Shown here: positions 54,603 through 64,000 of the stretch, piece by piece
How positions within the stretch are numbered: the first letter of the stretch is position 1
Layout: each line of letters starts with the position of its first letter
Assembly (NCBI GenBank): GCA_054600435.1
Contig: BAAIJX010000026.1
Location: 124,001 to 188,000 of the forward strand
Length of the DNA stretch: 64,000 bases
Source: Neophaeotheca triangularis
Taxonomy: Eukaryota
Direction: 5' to 3'
Notes under the pieces: model-generated
Databases searched by the model: none
What the model saw: only the letters and a program-made list of their open reading frames with translations
Told to the model about the DNA's origin: nothing
Program-made: the position numbers and the translations under genes

Positions 54603-56432
54603 ATGCCGGTAAAGCGCAGGGCAACATCGCCCGTTCGGCCATCTCCATCTCCAGCAAAGAAGCGAGCGACCGAGACAAACAGCCTGGAAACGTCTGGCAG
54701 CGCCGACGACAATGGCAACGACAATAACAATAACCACACCTTCGATCATTCCCGTCCGGAAGAGCGCCAAGGCATCGTCCAGCGCGACTTCTACCCCCCA
54801 GAAATGTCAAATGAACGCTGCGAACGCTACAACAACAACGAACTCCCCCGACCCCTCGAAGTGCTGAACGCCGCAGTACGCGAGACCGCCTTGGCCCGCA
54901 AGAAGATGGACATAGGTGATTGTGTAGTCCATTGGTTCAAGCGAGATTTGCGGCTCTTCGACAACCGCGCTCTCAAACAGGCGAGCGACAAGGCCAAGAC
55001 GAAAGATGTCCCGCTTGTCTGTGTGTTCATCGTGAGTCCGCAAGACTACCAGGCGCATTGCACGAGTGCGGCTAGGGTGGATTATGAGTTGAGGACGCTG
55101 GAGGTCATGCAGAGGGACTTGGGGGAGTTTGACATCCCGCTTGTCGTTGAGACGGTGGAGGAGAGGAAGGGTGTGATACCATATTTGCTTGGGAGGTTCG
55201 AGGAGTGGGGAGCGAAGCATGTGTTTTGCAATATCGAGTATGAGGTAGATGAGCTGAGGCGGGAGACGAAGCTACTGAACAAGTGTCTGGCCAAGGGCAT
55301 CGATTTCACCCCTCTCCACGACGATGTGATTGTGCCCCCCGAAACGCTCATGACGGGCAGTGGCAAGCAGTATTCCGTCTACTCGCCCTGGCGTAAGTCG
55401 TGGGTCAAGTACATCCACGAGCACCCGCACCTACTCGAGCCGTCCGAGGCACCCCACGTGAACCCGGCAAGCGCCCGGGAGAAGTTCAAACGCCTCTTCG
55501 AAACTGCCATCCCACCAGCCCCAGCAAACAAACGCCTCACCCCGGAAGAGCGCGACCGCCTAACTCATCTCTGGCCCGCGGGCGAACACGAAGCCCACAC
55601 GCGACTAGAACGCTTCCTCGCCGAAAAGATCAACGCCTACAAGGAAACCCGCAACTTCCCCGCCGCCAACAGCACCGCCATGCTAAGCGTGCACTTCTCA
55701 GCAGGTACGCTCGCATCGCGCACAGCCGTCCGCGCCGCCCGCGCCGCCAACAGCACTCGCGCCCTCGATGGCGGCAACGCGGACATCAGCGGCTGGATCA
55801 GCGAACTCGGCTGGCGCGACTTCTACAAGCATGTGCTGGCGCACTGGCCCTACGTCTGCATGTCCAAGCCCTTCAAATACGAATACACCAACATTGACTG
55901 GGAGTACAACGAAGCGCATTTCGCCGCCTGGTGTCAAGGGCAAACGGGATATCCGATTGTCGACGCCGCGATGCGTCAGCTGAAATACATGGGCTATATG
56001 CACAATCGCTGCCGGATGATTACGGCGTCGTTTTTGGCAAAGGATCTGTTACTGGACTGGCGCAAGGGCGAGCGTTTCTTCATGGAAAGCCTGATTGATG
56101 GTGACTTTGGCTCAAATAATGGAGGTTGGGGCTTTTCGGCTTCGACGGGTGTGGATCCGCAGCCTTATTTCCGCATCTTCAACCCGCTGCTCCAGAGCGA
56201 GAAGTTTGATCCCAGTGGCGAGTATATCCGGAAATGGGTGCCGGAGCTCAGGGGTGTAGAGGGGGCTGCTGTGCACGATCCTTGGAGCAGGGGGGCTGGA
56301 GGCATCGCCGAGAAGGCTGGGTACCCGCGGCCGATTGTCGAGCATAAGGCTAGTAGGGAAAGGGTCTTGGAGAGGTACAAGGCGGGCTTGGGGAGGGGGA
56401 CGGCGAATGTTGGGGGTGGGGTGCACAATTGA
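54603..56432 (+). CDS. PHR1: Class I CPD DNA photolyase
   Basis: Motifs HWFKRDLRLFDNRAL, ELGWRDFY, TGYPIVDAAMRQL, MHNRCRM, LIDGDFGSNNGGW and QPYFRIFNP; basic NLS-like N-terminus. Confidence 0.95.
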   Translation: MPVKRRATSPVRPSPSPAKKRATETNSLETSGSADDNGNDNNNNHTFDHSRPEERQGIVQRDFYPPEMSNERCERYNNNELPRPLEVLNAAVRETALARKKMDIGDCVVHWFKRDLRLFDNRALKQASDKAKTKDVPLVCVFIVSPQDYQAHCTSAARVDYELRTLEVMQRDLGEFDIPLVVETVEERKGVIPYLLGRFEEWGAKHVFCNIEYEVDELRRETKLLNKCLAKGIDFTPLHDDVIVPPETLMTGSGKQYSVYSPWRKSWVKYIHEHPHLLEPSEAPHVNPASAREKFKRLFETAIPPAPANKRLTPEERDRLTHLWPAGEHEAHTRLERFLAEKINAYKETRNFPAANSTAMLSVHFSAGTLASRTAVRAARAANSTRALDGGNADISGWISELGWRDFYKHVLAHWPYVCMSKPFKYEYTNIDWEYNEAHFAAWCQGQTGYPIVDAAMRQLKYMGYMHNRCRMITASFLAKDLLLDWRKGERFFMESLIDGDFGSNNGGWGFSASTGVDPQPYFRIFNPLLQSEKFDPSGEYIRKWVPELRGVEGAAVHDPWSRGAGGIAEKAGYPRPIVEHKASRERVLERYKAGLGRGTANVGGGVHN

Positions 56433-57503
56433 TTTTTGGTGGAGAAGTGGGGGCGTGTTCAGGGCGGTTGCTTGGGTTTCTTTAACTGCTTGATACCCCC
56501 GAGACACTTACGTATGCATTCTTGGTCATACCCGCTACACCAACCTGCTGTCGCCAGTCCCTCATTGGCTCCCCGAGTACATGCGCCAAGGCCCGGCGGT
56601 TTTTTTCGACTTCGAAAGCACGCTCGTCCCCCTCTCTGTCCAAAAGTCCACGGGATATCCCGACTAGCGAGATACGCCGGGGACCAGAAGGCCGATCCCT
56701 CACGTCCATACCACGAGATAACGGGCGACGAGTCCAGCGTCCCAGAGACGATGGCTCGGAGAAGACAAACTTCCAGCTTCGAAACCGCGCGTCTCTACCA
56801 CGGCACAGCTTCGACACACGTTCAAACACGTCCGCCGCGAGAGGAAGCGCACGAAGGCGGAAGACTGTCACGACTGCAAACACCATCTCCAGTCTCCGGC
56901 GAATGTCGTGAGCTGGGGTATCCCCGGCGACGCCAAGTGCGCGAGAGGAAAAGCTGGCGATGGAAAAGCGGTAGATTATCCGCGGGAGTCTGGTGGACCA
57001 AATAGGTTGTGGGAGGGGGGAAACGGCATTGACCCGAGAGCTCCTAGACGCTGTTGTCTTTGTTGTTGGTCGGAAGCGGGACTGGGGATTTTTTTGATTT
57101 TTGGTAGATGTCGAGTCTGGATATGTTAAAACGCTGCATACACTATTGGCCTTTGAGAGAATGTAGCTTTACGGCAAGGTTCAGTATGCGGCGGTGCTAG
57201 ATTGTTCACACCGTGACGAATTGGTGTTTCAAGGTATGCGGAGAGAGCGACGAAGCTGGCTGCAGGGTGGTGCTCGGGATTCAGGGGTTAATTTCTGATG
57301 GTGTAATGTATTATCTATATCAAAAACAAGCACGGATCCTGCGCTCTATTAAACTATCATCCGTCAACGCGAAGCATTCCATCATAACTAGGGTGATCAT
57401 CGCTCCGGAACGCCGTCGCTAAAAACAGTTACAGTGCCGTAAACAATCACTCAAATAACTCCATGCGTCGACAATCCCAAGCGTGGAAGAAGTCGAAATC
57501 GGT

Positions 57504-59081
57504 CTAGTCGGAAGGGTCTTGTTTGCCCTTCTTCCTCCTCGCAGCGACACCACTCTCGAGATCGCGCTCGGCGTTCTGCGCTTTCTTATGCTTGCCGAAC
57601 AGATGCAGCCACCCCGTTTGTTCCTTCTTCCCCTCCACCTTCCACCGGCCGAAAGAGTAATTGACCGGCGACTCACCGCCCTTGAAAATACAAACATCGT
57701 ACAGCAGCGCGCCGGTGCAAGCGCCTAGGATGTCCGCGCCCCAGGTTCCCCAGATCCACCAGTTGTGGTAGGCGGTGAAGGTGGAAGTCGGGTAGCCGAC
57801 GACGAGGACGGCGAGGCGGGGTCCCAGGTCGCGAGCTGGGTTGAAGCAGCCGCCTGTGTTGTAGCCCAACGACATGAGGATTACGACTAGGAGTAGGCCG
57901 ATGATGAAGGCGTGCATACCCGCACCAGGAGGAGAATTGCCCGAATCACCCAGAGCGATGATGGCGCAGCCTAGGACGGCGGTACCGAGGAGTTCGGTCA
58001 CGAAGGCGGTGCCTGGCTGGATCCAGTCGCGGGGTTGGGTGTAGAAGGCGGTGCCGGTGGAAGAGGGGACAAGGGCGTTGTCGAAGTGGCGGATGGTGTC
58101 TTGGTAGACTGCGTAGGCGAGGAGGGCACCGACAAAGGCGCCGAGGATTTGGGCGAGAATGTAGGCGGGCAGACGTTTCGGCGGGAAACCGCGTAAAATG
58201 GAGAGCATGATTGCGATGGCGGGGTTGACGAAACCACCCGAGCCTCCACCGGCTATGTAGATGGCGAGCATCAACGCGAAGCCCCAAGTCCAATACGAGG
58301 TTTGAATGTTGCCTGGAGGGTCTTGAGCTTTGACCACTACATTGGCACTGACGCCGAGAAAGGTGAAGATGACCGTTCCTAGCCATTCCGCCAGTGGCCT
58401 TTGTGCGAATCTCCGAACGTACGCCCAGTGATTGTAGGGTCTGACCGCAGGGTCCTCTTCAGGGGTATGCTCGCTTGCTATCTGGCCCTTCGGTTTGCCG
58501 GTTTTGCGGTTGACGGATTTGATCTGTCGCTCTCGCATAGTGGTGGTGTCGGCAGTCTGGGAGCGTTGGGGATTGGGGCGACTCTGGCCTTCGTTGTTGT
58601 AGTTGTTGTCGTTGTTGTTGTTGTCCTCTTCCACGTCGGTAGTCCCAGTGGAGTCCACCGATTCATGGGCTGCCGAACGCCAGTCAGCATTGTCAGGCTT
58701 CATCAATAGTCGGGCACGGGACCTATACTCACGGCTCGAAGCATCCTCTTCGGCTTCCTCCTGGGCGAAAGCTACCTGAGGAGCCTCCTCCGATTGCCCT
58801 TTTTCCGCCGGATTAACTGCCTTGACATCGTCTTTAGTTCCTCGCTTCCGGGTAAATCGAACGGTGCGAGGAAAAGTGCCCGCCAAGCTGAACTCGGGTT
58901 CTTTTTGCTGTTCCTTCATCCACGGGTTGGCATCTTCGTAACCTTCTTCGACGTAGGTGTTGTGAGGATCCCATCTATGGGGCATTTGGGCTCGAGAGTG
59001 TGGGCCAGCCAAGCTCCAATTGCCTCCCTGAGCGCGTGGATCTCCGGAGCGTTTGGTCTGCGATTGGGATAGAGGCGCCAT
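57504..59081 (-). CDS. Aquaglyceroporin (MIP family) with long hydrophilic N-terminus
   Basis: NPA motifs GGFVNPA and FNPARDLGPR (the Asp after the second NPA indicates the glycerol-facilitator type). Probable 63-nt intron at 58670-58732; Asn-rich microsatellite in the N-terminus. Confidence 0.92.
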   Translation of the reverse strand: MAPLSQSQTKRSGDPRAQGGNWSLAGPHSRAQMPHRWDPHNTYVEEGYEDANPWMKEQQKEPEFSLAGTFPRTVRFTRKRGTKDDVKAVNPAEKGQSEEAPQVAFAQEEAEEDASSREYRSRARLLMKPDNADWRSAAHESVDSTGTTDVEEDNNNNDNNYNNEGQSRPNPQRSQTADTTTMRERQIKSVNRKTGKPKGQIASEHTPEEDPAVRPYNHWAYVRRFAQRPLAEWLGTVIFTFLGVSANVVVKAQDPPGNIQTSYWTWGFALMLAIYIAGGGSGGFVNPAIAIMLSILRGFPPKRLPAYILAQILGAFVGALLAYAVYQDTIRHFDNALVPSSTGTAFYTQPRDWIQPGTAFVTELLGTAVLGCAIIALGDSGNSPPGAGMHAFIIGLLLVVILMSLGYNTGGCFNPARDLGPRLAVLVVGYPTSTFTAYHNWWIWGTWGADILGACTGALLYDVCIFKGGESPVNYSFGRWKVEGKKEQTGWLHLFGKHKKAQNAERDLESGVAARRKKGKQDPSD

Positions 59082-61005
59082 GGCGCTTCGAGAGGAGCGT
59101 GAGAAATGCTGCAGTAGTAGGTGAAGGATTCACAGTCGCGGGATGGGAACGACAAAGGGGAGAGGACAGTAGAGAACAGCGAAGGGCGAAAGGAAGATAA
59201 AGTATTAGAAAGAAAGACTGCTGACGTCTCGTTGACCTACTCGCCTCGATAGGAGGTAGGGCGTAATAAAGAGCGACGCCCAAACAATCATGATAATACT
59301 GAGGTGTTGGTGTTGAAAAATACGTTGTCAAAAGAGTGGGTACGGCAAATAGGGAGGTGGGTACGGAAAAGATTGAAAGCAGCAGAGCATTCGGCGTAGA
59401 TCGAGGAGTTTCAGGAGGTTTCCTTGAACGTTTGGAAGTTTTTCTCGCCTCGAAATATCCAGATGATGCCAGAATTCCATGAATCCAACGCAAAAGTGAC
59501 GTGGAAAAAAAGGTGCATTGGAGCGCAAGGGTTAAGCTTGCCAATTTGCCACCAAGCATCGAACGATAGCGTCGTGACCTTTTCTCACTTGAGTTATACT
59601 ACTACTGCTACCTTATCTAATGTGTGACTGTGGATTTATGCCAATAAAATGTGATGCGTGAACCGGAGCCGCAGCCGGAAGAACGTTACGGCTCAGGTGC
59701 CACTTAGCCATCATCTTATTTATAACAAGGTAAGGTAGGATGCTCGACCGGGGAACGTCTGAAAAAAGTTTCCAAAATAATAATAATGATAATCAAAGAC
59801 TCAAGCGTGGCTACAGAAGTCTATCTCAACGGCAGGACGGCAAAGCGCCTCAACGGCAGTGAGAGGCACCTCACCTCACCTTGCGAAATAATACTGGTCG
59901 CCTCACAACTACTGCGCTCTTCTCCTCGCCATGAGATCGATGCTCCTATTACGTGCCAATCATGCCATAGTCATGTCATACATATCCCAGAGCCGCCCAC
60001 AAGTCTCGCGGGCGACCCGAAAGTACCATCTATCTAAATAGGCAGCACCGCCGACAAGGCATATGCCAGTGATGAGCGACCAATAGCAGTTTTTATGACC
60101 ATGCAACACCGTCACCACGAGTTTTGGCGATCGATTGATCCACCTTGTTGTGCTCAACCATCACCGTGGGGACCAGCCGAGCTCGCGATCCTCTGACCCC
60201 GTGATGATGGACACCTCCCAAAGGGGAGAGGTCCGTGAAGCCACCCTTTCCCCAACGCATGACGAAGAGCACGCATAGATCCCTCCTTACTCCTTCCCCA
60301 CGCACCAGACCCGAAAGACACAAAACCCGGAAACCGAAGCAATGTCAGAAAGATACTCATCATACATATCATATAGAGTGGGCATGTAAGCGCACCATGA
60401 GACCCCTTAATCCACGAAAAGAAAAATAATACGGAGTCAATAAAGCCCGCCAGACTGATCTTGGAACCTTGAGATTTTCAAAAATGATCCGAGCCGGCCT
60501 GTGGAAGTGCTGAGGCGAGGCTGGACCGTGACAATTTTGATGTTCCGTGTGTGCTAATTTTGGGAAAGGAGGGGGAAAAGGGACAGGTGTGGGGTAAGGG
60601 GCCTTGAGGATGAGGCGTGGAGATATTTAACCCAGTGCGGTGGTGAAAGACTGCGGCAATAGGTGAGAAGGAACGAAAGAGCGCACTGTAATTCCCCTCT
60701 TCGGAGAAGGATTGTACAACCTCACTGCCACAAAAAGCATGCAAGCATCAAAAACATACCATCAATGAACCGCGTCCACCGTGAAAGCGCAAAGCGCCGG
60801 CCTGCGGCACCTCGCGCGACAAACCGACCCCCCCTTCGTCAAAACGCCCCCTTGAGCGTGCTTGGTAAGGAAGAAGAAGACAAGTTGTCGGAGCAAATGC
60901 GCCGTCTCAAAAATGCCAGTAACTCCCAGTATTGGAGGACTAGGAAAAAGTACACTGGGCAGCCTTTCGCTACAGTGCCCATGCTGAGGACTTCGACGTC
61001 CTGTT

Positions 61006-62610
61006 TTATGCCACCATCCACCTGTCAGACAAGAGTCAGTATCGGCATCTTTGCGGAGCAGGGAAAAGAGGGAAGTAAAATTGCCAAAACTCACCAAGCA
61101 CCACCCAAGATAGTGATGATGATCAACGCCGTCAAAATGCCCGCGCCCGCCTTGTCGCCACTGGAGATCTCGTTGGTGCTGCCCGGAGGCGGCGCAATCC
61201 CTTCGCTTCCCGTGCCAGCCGTAGGGTCGCCCTCGGAGATACCGCCCGTGTTTCCGGTCTTGTTATTGTTGCCCACGGGCCCATCGACAGTATCGATGAG
61301 ATTGCTTTGAATGACTTCGAGAGCGCACATTTGCTGCCCGACGCCATACGTGCGGTCCCATTCGCCGACGTGCCATTGCGTGCCGCACTGGTTGCCATTG
61401 GCGCCGCCAGTACAGGAGGTGGCGGCGGCTTCGGCTGAAGCTTGGAGCAGGGGCATAATGAGATCGTGCGTCCAGGGTGCGACTTTGGTGGTAGCGGCTA
61501 GCCAACGGGAGAAGTACGCTTTGAACGACAACTGGTCGACGTTACAGTTCATTTGCGGTTCACAGGCGACTTCGTACATGACGTTCGACGGTTCGTCGTA
61601 AAAGAACACACCAGCGGCGTTGAGGATGCCAGAGACTCGCGCGGCCCACTCTTCGCGTTCGGCTTGGTCTTCGGTCTTGAAGTGGACAGGGTCAGTTGCA
61701 GGCTTCAATACCGCTCGGCTGCGGTTCGCGGATGGTACGGAGACTCACCTGATTCCACATGGTCGCAGCACCAAGCAGATATACTCCAGAGTTGTACGAC
61801 CACTGAATGTGATTCATGTCCGTGCAGTTCTTGTTGTCGTCCGTACCGTCAAAGACTTGGTAATTGTTCGAGACCAAACCCACGGCTTCGGACCAGTCCC
61901 ATGCTCTCGCGGCCCATTCAAAGTACGTATCGTTGCCGGTGTAAGCACCCAATCTCGCGGCCAGATTGAAGAAGCAGCCGTTGGAAATCGAGTTCTTGTA
62001 GTTGTACCCGTTGTTGAATGCAAAAATCTGCCACTTGAGCCCGCCTGCACACGTCGTGTCGTCCCACCTTGGCGCTTGCCTGTTGAAGACTGCCTGAGCG
62101 AGCGCGAGCCACTGGGGCTGATCATCTGGCGGGTTAGGAAACTTGACTTCAGCAGCGGACATGGCAGCAATGGCCCAGAAAGCCTGGTCGTCGTTGCCCA
62201 GCGACTTGGTTTGGTTTGGGGGTTCAAAGTTGGCTTCGGGTCCGACTTGATGCATCATGGCTTCCATGACCACGTCATTGTAGCTTGGGTCGCCGGTGTA
62301 ATACCAGAAGTCGATCATGGCGTTCATCATGGCGCCCGCTTCCCACCAGTAGTATGGTTCACCGAGGAGACCGGGAATTCCGTCGGTGGTGTTGCCGTAG
62401 TAGAAAGCCATCATGCCGTCTGCCACTGTCCTTGCCGCACTCCTGATTGAGTCTACAGAAGAAGTGCATGTCAGTCACCCTCAAGCCTCACTGACAGTAT
62501 CCAATGCCACCCTCTAAAGACTCACCATTATCGCTCAGATCCAACGTCACACCACTGACCGCATTCGCGCCCAAGAGTATACCGCCCAAGGCGGCCGTAA
62601 TGAACTTCAT
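61006..62610 (-). CDS. GPI-anchored GH76 alpha-1,6-mannanase/transglycosidase (Dfg5/Dcw1 family)
   Basis: Exons 62610-62526, 62452-61749, 61675-61095 and 61021-61006. Signal peptide; motifs [24 protein letters not shown] and [11 protein letters not shown] tail [25 protein letters not shown]. Confidence 0.93.
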
Positions 62611-64000
62611 GCTGTTTGTAACGGTCCTTTCCCGTCTTGTCCAATATTATGTATGCTATTACTCGTCGATTATTTCGTAAAAGGCCCGTTCGCGGAACCC
62701 GGTATGGAGGAGATGCGACTGCGCCAAAAGCGCCTTGTCGCGAGTGGGTTGTCCGGTGACTGCCAACCGTTGGACTATGGGGGTATCGGGGTTGCCGTTG
62801 TAATTCGTGAGGCGATAGTGACTGACACTAAAGCGAGCGTGGTTGTTTTTGGATGAGGGTGTCGTGTGGGCGTGAGTGGATAGGTAGGTGATAGTGGCGG
62901 AAAGTAGTAAGAAGGATTAGTAGTGTTTGCCCTGACCAGGCCTTAGTATGCAAGATGGACGTCCAAGGGGGGAGGGCCGTGCAGGTACAAGTGAGATGCG
63001 AGTCTGGGCGCCGGATGCTGGGGAAGAGCACCGCGGGGAGGGGAGGCGAGGGAGTGCGGGTGGAATGAGAGAAGGTTGAGGTGCAGGTGGTGAGCGTGGC
63101 TGTGCTGCTCAATAATGACGCCGACCGTGGTTAATATCACGGCGTCTTTGTGAGCAGGAGGGGGGGAAATGCTTGGTGGAAGGGAGTAGGTACGTGTTTC
63201 GGGGTTGGCGTTTCCTTACGGCAGCGATCAGTTACGGGCAAGAGAATAAGAGGAGGCTCAAGCTTGACGACGAGAGGCTGCAGGTGACCACGGTTGACTT
63301 GGAAACACAAATGATGATGATGTCTGTCTGTCTGTCTGCCCAAGACCAGACGGGAATCAAGAAAGAGGCCAACGACCAGTCGTTGTCGTCTCGTTGACGA
63401 CGCGCGGTGTTGGCACCTGGCCAAGCACCCCCCCAAGCCGCTTGTTGTCTCGAACGAATGCCAATCTTCCTCCAGAATTGGAAGTTCGACATTTTTCAAC
63501 CTACCTTATCACGTGTCATCCATGTCACGTGAATGTCACAGCACAGTCCAGTCTCACTTCTACCAACATTCGGTATTCATAGCTCCAACACGTCAATCAC
63601 ATTATGCAGACGGCGACAGAAAGCATGTACTAGACAACACACAGTAGCACTATCTACTCATGTAACTACGCATCCTGTTCCATGCAAAAAGTCCACGCAT
63701 GCCCAAAAAAACAAGCATGCTCGGATGGCGAATGTGGTATATCTCATAACTCCAGCAAAGCAGTTCATGACGTCCCAAGAGTTCCAGTCCAGCATGCATG
63801 CTACAAAGAATCAGAAGAAACCGTCATCGTGTAAGAAAGAAAACAAGCATGCAACCGTATCCCTCTAGCGCCCAGAATGCCCCTTGCTATGCAGTATTTG
63901 GATTCTGAATCGTCCTCATGGCGTGCGTGTACACTAGAGAATCGTCCTCGGAAGCTTGACTCCTCGGATCTATTTTGTTCAACGCGGTCCCATGACGCCC

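Noticed and set aside
5939..61678. Three predicted introns using AAG acceptors (5941, 18133, 61676)
   Set aside because: AAG is a known minor 3' splice site in fungi. It slightly lowers confidence in those junctions but is not novel.
13569..62610. Functional cluster of cytokinesis and cell-wall genes (GNA1, Gin4-type kinase, IQGAP, Dfg5/Dcw1)
   Set aside because: The genes are spread over about 50 kb among unrelated genes, and I see no shared motif. Such co-occurrence is plausible by chance.
1..64000. CRISPR arrays, rRNA, operons or intact mobile elements
   Set aside because: The DNA is intron-containing and fungal. I saw no spaced direct-repeat arrays, rRNA-like sequence, LTR/TIR pairs or transposase/RT ORFs.

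Overview
This is eukaryotic DNA: a gene-dense segment of a filamentous ascomycete genome, judged from short GT-AG introns with CTRAC/CTRAY branch points and from protein similarity recalled from memory. A Dothideomycete-like organism is my inference. I support about 24 protein-coding genes. Core genes: Elf1/New1 (5' part only), GNA1, FAT1-like acyl-CoA synthetase, Mpv17/PMP22, MRS2, Gin4/Hsl1-type kinase, an RGS-domain membrane protein, TRM44, IQGAP, IMPDH, photolyase, aquaglyceroporin and a Dfg5/Dcw1 GH76. Three apparently accessory patches interrupt them: (i) Ctr copper transporter, Rds1 and a bacterial-type AmiF formamidase; (ii) a truncated CBM4+Ig remnant of a bacterial-style GH9 cellulase next to a bacterial-type PI-PLC whose signal peptide is built from micro-exons; (iii) a heme-thiolate peroxygenase, an atypical alpha/beta hydrolase, a LicD/Mnn4 pseudogene and an exopolygalacturonase with a GaaR-type promoter element. 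A box C/D snoRNA (snR54/U59 family) lies inside the IMPDH intron. Several features hint at hidden alternative targeting: a cryptic -SRL in the Rds1 intron, stop-free 3n introns, and an open in-frame extension upstream of the photolyase. I found no tRNA, rRNA, CRISPR array or intact transposon, and I cannot demonstrate a complete novel multi-gene system. All family assignments come from motif recognition by eye, not database searches.
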